From Eremomyces bilateralis CBS 781.70 (lineage: Eukaryota): a DNA stretch of 64,000 bases. Shown one piece after another: positions 12,404 through 24,970 of this stretch (its first letter is position 1; every line of letters begins with the position of its first letter). Under the pieces are notes generated by a model that had not been told where the DNA came from, ran no database searches, and worked only from the letters and a program-made list of their open reading frames with translations. Both the position numbers and the translations under genes were made by a program. The stretch is from assembly GCA_010015585.1 (NCBI GenBank), contig ML975151.1, one strand, 5' to 3'.

Positions 12404-13347
12404 GATTGCGAACCGATAGGTTGGAACCTAGAGTAAAATGTACCGTCGCTGGTCGGGAGCGAGGTCTATGAGATTGGTTGAGCTCGCAGGGGAAGAGTCG
12501 GGAAGCGGGTAGTCGCGTAGAGAGCGGAGGTCCAGATAATAGCGTGCTAGATGCTCGGAGACGATCCGATCACGGTGTCGACATGACGAAATGGAGTTCA
12601 ATGGTCCTTGAACCTTGGAGAGAAAGAAAAGAACGTTCTTTTCGCAGATATCAAGTGGTCAACGCCGTTGCACCGATTGTGCCCAAGACCAGTGCAAGAG
12701 ATAAACATGGTCCGTGTCAATAATATAGGACGTACGTAGTACGTCGTACTGTGTAGGTAGCTCCTAAGAAAACGGGTCGTCGCCCGTCAGATGCTCCGAT
12801 GAGCCCAGATCACAGGTAGGAGCAGGAGGGATATGTCGAACCAAGTGGGAGGGGGTCTAGGGGACGAGCGAAAGCCGGGAGAAGAGATTAGATTCTGGGA
12901 TTTGATTGGAAGGTGGAGGTTCAGCTGGAGCAAATCATGCAAATGCCAAAAAGGGCTGAACAGGTTGGAGGTGGTCATGATCGGCTTCATAGCGTAGTCG
13001 ATCTACCGCGGCGTCAGGCGTGAAACACCGAAGGGCTGAACTGGCGAAGTGAGCTGCGAGAAGCCTTTGGGCTGAAAGGGGGTGTTTACAGTGATGCTAA
13101 AGAATTTCCGATGTAATTAACGAAAACGCTCGGGTAGCATTAATAAGGTATTTTAATCATTTAATACCTACCGTAACTAGGTAATTGTCAAGGCAGAAAG
13201 CCGAGAAAATGGTCCTCGTCCATGGGACACGAATACTCCCCTGCTTCTCTGGACCTCCTGTTCTCTGTGATATGCAAAAATCACAACACGACTATTCGTG
13301 TCGTATTCGCTGAGCGATTAATGACTACGTGATAGACTACGTGACAT

Positions 13348-16300
13348 TTAAGAGACCCAAATCAGCACACCCACTCCAAGTCCGGATGAGCTCGCTGCTC
13401 GTTCCGCGCACACAAAACATGGTCCTCCTGTCCTCCGAATCACAGCATTTTTCCCCCTTTCCGAGCACCAAGCTCGAGCAAGCAGCTCGGCGCCGTTGCC
13501 GGTGGCATTGATGACCATAACATTCCTTTCTTCCGAGTCCTCCTCCGTATGGTCCTTGAGCCGTTCGACGGTCCAAATATTCTCATACCTGTACAATTCC
13601 CTCCGATGCACCTCGTGCGCACCCTTCGGCCCTCCATGGCAAGCCGGCACCGTGATAAATACCGGATTGGTGTATAGCCGGTAGGTAGTTAGCTCGTCAC
13701 TATCGTCCATCTTGAGCACAATCTGGGCGCGATACGCTGCCTGGCTATCAGAGTTCGGTTCGCTTGCTGATAGGTCCTTCTTCAGTTGGATGGCTTTCAA
13801 TTCACAAGTGCTGACTTGCCGCACCGGCGGTTCTGGGATGATCCAGTTTCTGGCATCTCGCATCTCAGCCGCCCATGGCCCAGGTTCTTCGCCCTCGCGG
13901 AGCTCTATATCTTTGTATGGATGGACTGAAGGAGCAATGTCGATGGGATCGCCGTCGTGCCAGGTTTTGTGCGGCAAAAGACTCAACTGCCGCGCCTTGA
14001 GGTGGACGTGACACGGCTGGTTTTCTGGAAGCGGTGGAATAATTTCGACAGGCGGGCAAGGACCGGTCCATCCGCAAAGCGAGATCACTCCTGGCAGGCA
14101 ACCGAGAACACGACCGAGAACCGTTCGGATACGCCAGTAGGACTTCTTCGGCAACGATAGTCCGCAATCGAACAATAGAGCGACACCCACAGATTCCTTA
14201 ATCGATGGTGTGCACAAAATCATAGCGCTCATGATTTTAAATGCACACCATTTGCCGGGGAGTGTCATGCCGTAGAGCCAGTCGTACAGATCGAGAGGAA
14301 TATTTTGCCCTCCCAGCATGGCGCCATACACATCTTCGGCGTAGTCTCGAACTTCATTCATATACGGCCACTTCATTTTGGCGGCAAATCGGAGGATTCC
14401 TTCCACCTGTTGCTCATGAACGCGTGAATACACCTTCACGGACTTCAAAATGATTTCAAAATCTCGATCGAGGTATGCCTTTCGAAGAACCTCTCGTTGA
14501 TCTTCGTCGGCTTTGTCAATAGCCTCAAGGCTTGCTTTTTCTTTCGCTTTCGCTTCGGCGAGACCTTTTCTCATTGCGTCGGTGGCATTGGTTCCCGCCA
14601 GACGCATTCCGGCCTCATACGCGCCAATTGCCGCTTTCAGAAGACCCAATTTGGCTGCCGCATGACCGAAGCGGGACCGTGCGTTGACGTATTTGGGGTC
14701 CAATTGCATCGCAATGGCCGCATCCTCCAGAGCTTTCTCGTGTCTTTCCATGGAGAGCTGCGCCGCTGATCTGTTGCTTCGATAGATGGCATTTCCCGGG
14801 TCGATCTTGATAGCTTCGGTGTAATTCTCGATGGCGTCGTCAAATTCTTTCCGTGCAAATGCTTCATTTCCCTTTTTCTTGAAAGCTTCCGCCTTTGCCT
14901 TCAACTCGGCCGTCTCTACCGCCTTGACCTCGGACAAGTCCAATTCCGGGTGAACCAGAATGATGGAAATATGATTGAGCCATAAATCCGCCACAATCAT
15001 CGATGCCAGAATTCTAGGGGTGAAGCCGGTCGAGTAGCTAGTCCTTTGACCATGCTCAAATCGTCTGGCGAGCTCTTTTGCAATGATGACCTGCCAGAGG
15101 AGGTTCCAGAGCTTATGTCCATCCCCAGGCGTGTGCCATTGGGATCCAATGCTAGAGGTCATTAAAAAGTTCGCGAAAATGTCAGTGCGGTTGAGTAGCT
15201 GAAACAGGTTCGAGAATTGGGTCCAATCGTCCACTGCATAAGCCGGGTTGATATATTTGATCCTACCGGGAGAATAGGTTAGCAAAAGATGTCCCTTTTC
15301 TCGTCATTGAGTAGACGTGTTAACTGTACCCCATATCGCCGGTGAAGTCTTTCAAGTCCACAGCATCCCTCTTAGGATTCCATCCGAACTGGGGTGGTCT
15401 GTTTTGCAGTTCGTCAATCCTCCGAAGCAGCGTTTTGGCCTTTATAGGGGGCATGTTTGAACGATTAACTAAGATTGTCTTCTTTAGAGGATGGTGCTCC
15501 TCTTCAAACTCCCAAGCCTCTAAACCAAACCCTTCAACGGTCACCGTGCCAGGATGGATACTCTCGTATTTGGGATAGCTTTCGATATTGAATAGGACTT
15601 GACTTTCCTCGGTGTCATCGTATTGGTAGTCTCTGAGTCCATCGATTTGACTCTTCAAAGGCTGGAACCGCTTCTTCTTGTACAATGCTTGCTTGGATCA
15701 GTATTCTGCGCCTTTCCGGTGACAGGATCATACTTACCAAACGATGCATGTGTTGTGGGAGGGTATGTGATGTCCCGATCCCACCAGCGATCCTCCTTTT
15801 TGCCACCCCAGTAGCAGTGGGTGGTGACCTTGGAGGTGTAGCTGTTTGCACCAAGGACCTGCAAACTCAAAGCCCCTGCGCGCTTCTTACCGCAGTAGAG
15901 GTCGATTTCGTTCAACTTCATCGCCAGTTCCGTTAGGGCTGGATCTTCTCCCTGAGTGGTTCTGCCATCGTCGCCATCGTCGACATCTTGGCGACTTTCA
16001 CGGTCTTCACCATCAGCGATAAGCGTTTGACTCGTCGTCCTATGGCCCGTTTGAAGCCCGGTCCCGGTGGTGCTCGCTGCACCAAGCATCCGCAGCCTCG
16101 CGCTCGCACAATCGGCTAGTTCTCTATACTCTTCTGCCGTCGCATCTTGAAGCAACCGAAGCTCCTCTACACTCGTGCTGCTCTTAACTTCAACTCTCAT
16201 TGCCTCTACAACCCGAGCCGTCGAGTCGGGGAACAAGTTCTCTAAACTGTCAATATGCCCTTGGATCTCCGTAATCATGGTCTGAAAATTCCGCTTGTTG

Positions 16301-16812
16301 TGAATTGCCCATCTTGTCTGCTTCTTTATGCTTGCGCCTCTCTGCGGATCACGCGCGCTACTCTGGAGACTCTCATAAGGCTTTTTGAAGATCGCCCTAA
16401 GTAGAAACTGCGCCTGTTCAACAGCAAGGCTGTCTTCTGCTTTTTTCATTGATGGCCGAAGCCCGAATGTGCTCTGCAGCCGCTCCGAGTCCTCAAATAC
16501 GTGCTGAATGCACGCGAGCAGCCGCATTACCGTATCCTTTGCATCTTTTCGCTCCAGGCGCGAATCCGGTTGAAGAACGTCGCCGTCGTTGTCGAGGCCG
16601 ATTGTGACGCCCCAACTAACTAGGCGAATTCGTTCGACTTCTAGCTTGACGCGAAGGAGCTCATATTCCATGCCATCATTCCGACCAGAATCGATCACTT
16701 CGAAAATCTGCACACATGTTTTCCAAAAAGTGACGACGCCGTGTACGACGTCAGCAGCGTCCGCCATCATTAAATTCAACCGACGTAGAACGGTAGAATG
16801 ATCAAAAGGCAT
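13348..16812 (-). CDS. HeLo domain + TPR + uncharacterised C-terminal domain protein, ~1100 aa, 3 exons (start 16812 or 16770; introns ~15737-15688 and ~15328-15263)
   Basis: HeLo-like N-terminus (VVTFWKTCVQIFEVI...LLRVKLEVERIRLVSWG; RWAIHNKRNFQTMITEIQGHIDSLENL), three TPRs (AEAFKKKGNEAF...YRSNRSAA), and C-terminal LARAWC...CFVC. Splicing joins the three ORFs in frame. Confidence 0.85.
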
Positions 16813-17244
16813 GAGAACCGTTGGGAGCCGCCAGTTTGTCAGAGAGATTGGATTTTCATGCGTTTCTCTCGACCTGTGACCGTGGGAGTTAGTGGTTCGC
16901 GCCTCAAGGGCTTAATATGCTGTGGTGTCTAAGTCTTGACTAGTCTCGTATCCAGAAGGCGAGATCCCATATTGTTAGTAATGACGCCCAGGCCGCCAGG
17001 CGGATGGTCGCGCGCGTGTAGTCCTGCCAGGCTGCTACAGATTTACGTACATAGTATGTATACCGGATAGTATACGGATAGGTAGAGGCACGTGGGTAAA
17101 GTACGACCTCAGCCTGGCTGGCCTGGCTTTACTGTACCTATCACCAGGCCACAAGGCCAACCCCACCACCATTATCAGATCCTCCTTCCCAATATTTTCA
17201 ATCCTAGTATTTCAAACCGAAGGCTGGATCAGTCGGCAAGGCAG

Positions 17245-18078
17245 GTGAGATTTGTCCACCGTGCTAGGAATTGGGGAAATTATTGGCTTAATTAAGCCTA
17301 GCGTATATGACCAATCTTCCCCTGAACAACTTTTCATGCCAGTTTATCACCAATCTTTCCCAAGGTCAACTTTAATTCTTAATTTACTCTCTCTCACAGA
17401 TCCAAACATGGAAGATATTGCTGCTCCTCCAGATTGTCTCTGCGCTTCCTACGATGAAGCCTACAATGCTCTCAAAACCTATGACATGCAGCATGGCTAC
17501 GTATCTAGCAGCCTCCCTCGTTAGAAGAGCTCTTAGCCGACATCGAGCGTCGACGCTTCAGTCCGTCCTATAGACTGCAGTAACATAGTCTCGGTGACCA
17601 ATTTTTTTTAGCGGAAGCAGGACAGGAAAACGATCCGACAGAACTGGTTGAAGCCCAGAATATGGCTCTGGCTATAAGAGGTGTGAATGCTTCCTGTACC
17701 CCAACAGTGGCGTAGAATTATCACTTTGGAGATATGGAAGCTTTCTACGATGAAAGATTTGTACAAGTCGATACTCGAAATGCTCTTCTTCAGTCTTAAG
17801 ATGTACGTTGAGAGAGTCCTAAGCGTGCTGCTGCAGAGGCGGCTTTAAATGCGTGGAAAGGACTCAGCCCGCGCAAGAGACAGCGACGTTAGTACTTAAT
17901 ATAATCTACCAATCTTAAGTACTTTAACGCATGAATATGACGAGACATCGGAATACGCTTTAGATTCTTCTCAGTCGAGGCCTCAGAGCCCTCAAAAGAG
18001 CTTAGTTATACATAAAATTAATACGTAAAATATTTCCATGCTAGTGATAATATGGCTAGCGTGGTGGACAAATCTCAC
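17245..18078 (+). mobile_element. Degenerate, internally deleted Mutator-like (MULE) DNA transposon relic
   Basis: Inverted repeat gtgagatttgtccaccgtgctag (17245-17267) pairs with ctagcgtggtggacaaatctcac (18056-18078), 21/23 match. Broken ORF MEDIAAPPDCLCASYDEAYNALKTYDMQHGY resembles fungal MULE N-termini, and a stop-riddled C-terminal remnant follows. Edges are AT/TA-rich. Confidence 0.6.
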
Positions 18079-18155
18079 TGGCCAGTCTGCAATAACTCTA
18101 GATGGGTGGGTGACTGGACGTAGAGTTCAAATCGTTACTACTTACTACAGGCACG

Positions 18156-18187
18156 TCTCCAGTGGCATCTCCAGTGGCATCTCCAGT
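18156..18187. repeat. 12-bp tandem repeat (tctccagtggca) x2.7
   Basis: Read directly: tctccagtggcatctccagtggcatctccagt. Confidence 0.8.
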
Positions 18188-19362
18188 TCACAAGATTACA
18201 GGATCATCCCGACATGCAGAGCCTATAACCCATCTTGTCGCAGACCAAGGTATCATCTATGGGAGCCTAAGGCTACAAACTGCATTAATAATCTTGCCAT
18301 GAGTCTCGTATATCTGCAGGACCAGGGCACCGGGCATTCACATAGAACACACAACTTACACAATAATACAACAACTTCGCTGCTGTAACAACAGCACCTA
18401 ACTCCCAACCATTTTAGCACATCACGTGCGACACATCTCAACGTTCGCATTCTTCATAGGTACAATACGTAGTACGTATTTTACGTGTAAGTAATGACTA
18501 AGTAATAAATTTGTATGGCAATTGGCAAATTTCCGGTATTTAATCAAATCCACACGTTTCCCGTCCCTTTCCCTCCGTCTAATACTTGCAGTGTGCAGCT
18601 GCAACTTTCGCCCAGCTCGACGCCATATACACTTGGCAATTGGCATTCCGCTCCAGTTATGGTTAATAATTCAGTTTGATTGCACACTTATACTCTCAAG
18701 TGCGTCTCAGCGACGCCCGAAATGCGTCTCTCCGTCAGCCTTTGTACGCCTTTTCCATACTCGCCTTCAGCCTTGGGGCTAAGCCAAAGCTGCCAGTTGA
18801 TCGACTGTTGATCGCTCATTGGTGAGATTGATCACCCATCGATCATCCATTGATGGCCTTGTTTGGTACATAGTTTCATCCTTCACTGCATCCATTCGCT
18901 GATATCCCGCCAGTAGCCAATGGCTTAATGATATATTCCCCCGTCCCTAACGTGTCGCGAATACCGCCGGGGTGACACTGGGCAGGTCTTCTACTATGGT
19001 ATCTTCATCGCTGGCATCATGGCATCATGGCATGGCCTAGGTGCCTAGTCAGGCCCTTCCACTTTCCTTTAGTATACTTAGTACTTCCTTGGTCGCTACT
19101 CGAGTTCCCTTTTCGGTTTTCAGCTTTCAACATGTTCTCTTCCTTTATCAATCATCCTTGGCCTGCGGTGGAGCCGGTGCATGTGTATGAGTTGGTCGCT
19201 CTAGTGACTGGCTCTGCGCTATATTACTCCTTTTAAGAATAGGTGACGCATGGTGGACATGTGGTGACCCGACCCGAACCACCTGAAAACCGTACTTTAA
19301 TATCGTCCTATCTTCTCTCTACTACTCTCATCTTCTTCCAACTATCGACAGAGATACGAGTA

Positions 19363-21531
19363 ATGGCGCAGAGAAGACGACTCCTGAGCGCACCCATGCT
19401 ATTGTGGGCTTCGTTGTCTGCTTTCCCCCTCACTCATGCTCAAGGTAAGTCACTTTTCACTCTCAAGACTCACACAAGCGGATAGAGTTAATGGCCAGGT
19501 GGTTGGAAAAGGTCTATGGCCCATGTGTGTCGTACGATCGGTTCCTTGAATCATGCAACCACAGTATTGTGTTGAAATGCCACAGCCCATTCTAACTTAC
19601 TCGCAGTATCCTGGTCAAATTTGACAATTTCCTCTTCGTCTTCACCAATAATTGCACTCAATTCTGGGTCGGGGTCGTCGTCCTCTTCATCTTCGTCGGG
19701 GTCGCCATCGCCTCCCACTATAACGCAACCTTCAACGAAGTTATCCAGCAATACGACATGCTCACAATGTGAGATCGCTGCCCTTTACAAGGAGATAAGG
19801 TATCCGGGGGGTGTGGACGAGGATGCTCCACGAAATGTGACACTCTCCGTTCAACCAAAAATTACCACCTTCTCAGATGGCTCGTCGGAGACCAACTTTG
19901 TCACGATCACCTATATTGGTCCGAACGAGACCCTCGGAGCGAATGAAACGATCACCCAGACATCCTTAACATGGACCCAGTCCGGTCTCGACACCATTTT
20001 CACGTACCCCACCGTGTACGTCGCCTTCAACAGTATCAAGGGGGCTTTCTCCAGCTTCAATCCCAACGCAACGGACGCCTCCACTTGCGTCTCAGTCGAA
20101 CCAACCAAGATTGCTCTCGCAGAGGCCGACTACAACCGCCTGGTGTATCCCTGGATCACCTCCGGTCCTGACGATATCTCCCCTCCTACGGATGCCGCTT
20201 CGTTGCGAGTGGAGGCGAGCGTCTTCTCCTACATAGACGCCCTCCCAACCGTCAAGGAGCAGCTGTCGCTCCCCCCGGATATTTGGCCGAGCGACTGTGC
20301 CAGTACCATCACTCATGGCCCCGCTCTCACTCATACTAAGATAATAACGCATCAAAGCGTGAACTTCCTAATGCAAACCGGTGCACCTGAGTTTGTTGAT
20401 GGTGGAAGCAAAGGCGGCGGCACGGGTGGCGATACTGGTACAGGTACCGGCGGAGGCTCGGGCAGCGATGGGGGAACTGGTGATGGGAGCAATGGCGGAT
20501 CCCCAGGCGACGGGAACAGTGGTGGTTCTGGCGGCAATGAGGACAATGGAGGGATCAACAATGGAGGCTCGACAGGCGGCGACGTAGGTGGAGCAATTGG
20601 CCAAATTCTTGGCCCGAACAGTGGCGAGGGGGGGTCGTCCGACGGTTCGTCTGGAGGTTCGTCTGGCGGTTCATCTAGCGGGTCTGGCTCAGGGGGTTCT
20701 CCTGGCGATAATGTTGGAGGCAGCATTGGCCAGCTGTTCGGACAGAACGACGGACCTGGTGGGAGCGGAAGCGGCAGCGGAAGCTCCTCAGGGGGAAGCG
20801 CTGGCTCCGGCTCCGGCTCCGGCTCCGGGTCGGGATCGGAATCAGGCACTGGATCAGGATCAGGATCAGGTGCTGGATCCGGCTCTCTCCCTGTTGGCGG
20901 AACCCCCGTCCCATTTTCAGTCGGTCCAGGCGGCACAGTGGTTGTCAATGGGGAGACCGTTACCCCCGGCCAAGTCGCCACGATCAACGGTGTCCCCGTA
21001 TCCGTTCCCACAGGCGCCTCTGGCGCTGGACCCGGCTCCGATGGTGCCGGTGGCGTGTTGGTCGTCGGCGGATCGACCATCACCCTCCCCGCCGGGCCAG
21101 CGGGCACCCAGGGTTCTCGTCCCGGTGTGCAAGGTCCCGAGTCGGGACAGCCTGGAGCTGCTGCGAGTGGACCGATCATTGGATCTCAGACGCTTTCGGT
21201 GTCGGGTGGGCATTTGCTGATCGGAGGGACGACACTGACGTCTGGGGTTACCGTCATTGCCGGTACAACCGTATCTGTTGGATCTGAAGGGACAGTGGTG
21301 GTAGGTGGAAGCACGACTGTCCTGCTTGGCGTAACGACCATCGGCGTGGGTGACTTGATCGCGAGTGGTTTTGGAGAGACGATAGGGCCTTCTACCTCCG
21401 CAGATGCAACTGGATCTGGTGTTCGCCCGCCACCTTCGAGTGGAGCCGGTAGGGAGAAGGAGAACAGTGCTTGGACGATTAGCATAGGGGTTATGGGTGC
21501 TCTTGGTTTGGCTGTTGTCGGTGCAATGTAG
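19363..21531 (+). CDS. Secreted Gly/Ser/Thr-rich, probably GPI-anchored cell-surface protein, 2 exons
   Basis: Signal peptide exon MAQRRRLLSAPMLLWASLSAFPLTHAQ, intron ~19445-19606, Cys-containing domain, GS repeats, VVxGxTxxxG beta-repeats, and hydrophobic C-terminal GPI-like signal. Confidence 0.85.
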
Positions 21532-22495
21532 ACGGGAGCCGGAAAACTGAGCATTTGAAGAAACGATAGCAGGCGTACTAGCGCGGCGTCACGATTCATT
21601 AGCGGCTTGGTTTTAGCGAGCGAGCGATTGTGCACGTATATCATAAAATCTAATAACAGGCTCATATGACAAGCTATGTTTCATCATTTGTTGTCTATTC
21701 AATTCTTGACTAGAAAGGTCTCGTCTCTGGAAACATCCCTATGCCTGTGATCGTAGGGAACCCAACAGTGCGATGCAATGGTCCACACCATCTAACCGAG
21801 GACTAAACTGAATCGTACTTGGATATCCGCTTCGCTAGCTCGTGTAAAGAACTCCAGGTACGAGCCAGCTACTGGATACATACTCAAACCTGATCCAGAG
21901 AGACATACGACCATGCGGTGAAGTGACCTATCCACAGCTGTTTCCTCAGGTCCGCCTGAATGTCAGGGGGCCGAACATCCTGCGGTTTAACTACCCTGAT
22001 TGCAGCTATTGCTTTGCGTACCCAGTAGCCCACATACTGAGGCGATCTTCCTGAAGGTTGAAGTGGAACCCCTGAGTTTGGGCTTATCTCAATGAGATTC
22101 CGAGAGTAGGTCCTGTCAGCCAGCTGGCATAACGATCAATGGACGCCTCGTGGTACATGCAAAGATTCGATAATGGCAACCTTCCGCTACACAAACGTAT
22201 GTGCAGTACAAGGGACTGTTTATCGAAGAACGGACGTTGCGAAATAGTGGGTGAGATCCATTCGCACACCAGTGGATGGCATACTGGTCCGTATGAGAGG
22301 ACATTTCCTTCGAACAAGTCCTATTAGGACGGCCCTGCCATATGTGCGAAATGGGATTGCCACACGTCGGCAGGCTTTGCGACAGGCGAGACGGTATGTC
22401 CACGATGAAGACCAGACCCTCTGCTGGTGGGAACTAGCTTCGGAAGAGGTAGATAAGGACGTGGAAGGTAGCGAACATCATGTACTACCGGTGGT

Positions 22496-23500
22496 TCAAT
22501 ATTTGGCCCTATTGAAGCCTGGCCGTCCCCGATTTGGCTTCTGTCGCTGCCAATTCGGCCTTGGCCGCTCCATACGCTGAATATGCTCCAACTCCGCTTC
22601 TTCGGCGGCGCGGTTTGCTTTCTCCTCCTCTTTCCTCCTGCGTTTTGCCTCCGCTTTCTTCTTTCTTTCAATATCCTCCGCGGTTATCCCCGACTCCTTC
22701 GCCGGACCTGCTTCACTTTCTTTCTCAAGCTTATGGCCCTCAAAGAAGAGAGTTGCTGTTTCATCCTGAAGACCAGGTTTTTTTACATCCATAGGTTTGG
22801 ATTCTGCTGAGCCAGGGACTTCGGATAGGATGGACTTGAGGCGGTCGACGATCTCCACCCTTCTGTCGAGCGAAGGCTGCTGTGCGCGGCGCCGATTTGT
22901 ACGTCTCCTCTGAATTATTACCTCTACTTTCCTGCCCTCCTCAAGGAACTCTTGAAGCTTCTTGCATCGGTGATCGAGATCCGATTCCGAGATCTGCCAT
23001 GAGATTTCGAGGGTCTTTGAAGACAAGAGTGTCCGCTTTGAAGCCTTCTGCTTCATCTCCTTGTCGCGAAGCCTCTCCAATAGTTCCTGTGCCGTCACGA
23101 CTTTGACCAAAGGCAGGCTCAGCCCATCCTCGCCCGGGTCTCCTGAGGACGCGCCGCGTAATTGAATGACATGTTCGGTGGTCCGGTCGATACTGCGGAG
23201 GAGACTTGAAAGGGAATGTGCTTGAGGATCTACCCGACCCTCGGTGTTGATAAGGTGCACACGAAGGGTGGCAATGGCTTCATCGAGGATGTAGCCTTCG
23301 GCGAGATGCGGGAGAGCAGTCGAGGACCGAGGGGTGGAGGCCGTTGCATAACGGTATAAAGGGATTCGCTGGTGGACTCGGGGTGGATGTATGCTCAATT
23401 GAGGGCAGACTGTAGAACTCCTCAGGGTAACCAGGTCCAATGACTGGATGCAACGGCGGCAGGCTGAGAATGAAAGGGCTCCAGCCCAAGGTGATGCCAT
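22496..23500 (-). CDS. Mitochondrial translation initiation factor IF-3-like protein
   Basis: Mitochondrial-type presequence, LDEAI..VHLINTEG (IF3-N), and KTLEISWQISESDLDHRCKKLQEFLEEGRKVEVII (IF3-C). Confidence 0.85.
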   Translation of the reverse strand: MASPWAGALSFSACRRCIQSLDLVTLRSSTVCPQLSIHPPRVHQRIPLYRYATASTPRSSTALPHLAEGYILDEAIATLRVHLINTEGRVDPQAHSLSSLLRSIDRTTEHVIQLRGASSGDPGEDGLSLPLVKVVTAQELLERLRDKEMKQKASKRTLLSSKTLEISWQISESDLDHRCKKLQEFLEEGRKVEVIIQRRRTNRRRAQQPSLDRRVEIVDRLKSILSEVPGSAESKPMDVKKPGLQDETATLFFEGHKLEKESEAGPAKESGITAEDIERKKKAEAKRRRKEEEKANRAAEEAELEHIQRMERPRPNWQRQKPNRGRPGFNRAKY

Positions 23501-24970
23501 GATGAATATAAAAGTCCCAACCGTAGTGCAAGGAGGATTAACAGGGACGAACGATTTCAGTTGATTTCATAGCCACATGCCATGTACACGAACAAAATCA
23601 CGATCGACTTGTTGTAATTTCAAAGAATTGGGAATTGGGAATGAAATTCAATTGGATCTAAGACATTCCGTACGGTAAGGCTAAAGGCGCCTATGCTCCG
23701 TGGAGGAGAGCAATCTTTGTATGACCGCCGTTCCCACTTCCCAGTGCTTGCAGGGTCACGTGCAGCACAGCTGATCAACATCTCCATCTTCTCAAGAGTT
23801 CAAGTAATAACAACAATACTCCGTAGTTAGTTAACAATAACTGACTAACTTAACTTAATTGTTTTTATAGATATAGTGCCGGCAGACAGTCATGGTGATG
23901 GCGTCTCCAAAGAGGACTGACCCTGATAACAAGACTTCATCGCTCGTTCAGGCTAACATTGATCTGGAGATCGTCGTCGTGCATTCAAGCAAAAATGGAC
24001 ACGGCGTATTTTCTTTGGGATACGAACCGTGAGGTGAGACATTTCAATCTTCTTTTCCAGAACAGTCAGTCCCACAATTCAAAGTTTATCATGATGGCTA
24101 GGGAGAGTGCGATTCCGATATCACCAGCTTGCTCGATGCTGATCCTGATGGCATTCCGCTTTTCGATGGCAGCCATTATTACCTGCCTCACTGCATGACA
24201 GTCGGCCAACCTCCCAACCTCTCCAGCTGCCATGGGAAAGCCATGATTCCGACTGAAGGATGATGATCATCCTCAATCAACAATGGCGTACGCTCGTTTG
24301 AGGTGCATGCAGGTATTTGGACTTCAATCACACCGCGTCGAATCACAAAACAAGGGAGCTCAAGAGCGTTTCTGGCTAGGTCTCCCCTTCTTTCGCCTGT
24401 CCACATTTGAGCAGCATGACATTTGAATTCATTATGAAAACCTAAACTTGGACAATTTGACTTCCGCTGGAATAAATTGCCATTGGTTGTAGCTGACGCA
24501 GCTGCACAGTCTACGCTCCGGGCATGCAGCCGCGTATGCGAGCTACAAGATCTCGACATGATGGCGGGAACCTGCTGCATGCTGAGGAATGCCGCCAGTT
24601 CGGTACTGAATCTGCCCGTTGACCTTTAAATTATCTAGACGTCTGTCATGTAGCACAGATTTCGAAGACAGGAGCCATTGAAATATCTTGCTCCCTCCTT
24701 CGCTCCCCGTCCTGTTTAGACGGCTTTACTATTCTCTTTCACCTAACATCAACCATTTCGTCATTCTCGCAAATACACGACTTCTTGAAGTTGTTGACCA
24801 ACGTATGACACGGAAAACTGCTCGTGTCATCAGACCAAACTTCCATTGTTTCTAAAGAGCGAATCTTCCATCAGCTCCTCTTTGTTCGCAAAACACCAAG
24901 TGGTTCTTCTTCAATAGGAATTTTCATTCCTCTTTCTAGTCACCGTTGAGAAACTCCCTTCACTGTCAAG

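Noticed and set aside
20352..21179. 275-aa Pro-rich antisense ORF and (GGCTCC)n/(GGATCA)n repeats
   Set aside because: Mirror of the Gly/Ser coding repeats of the cell-surface protein.
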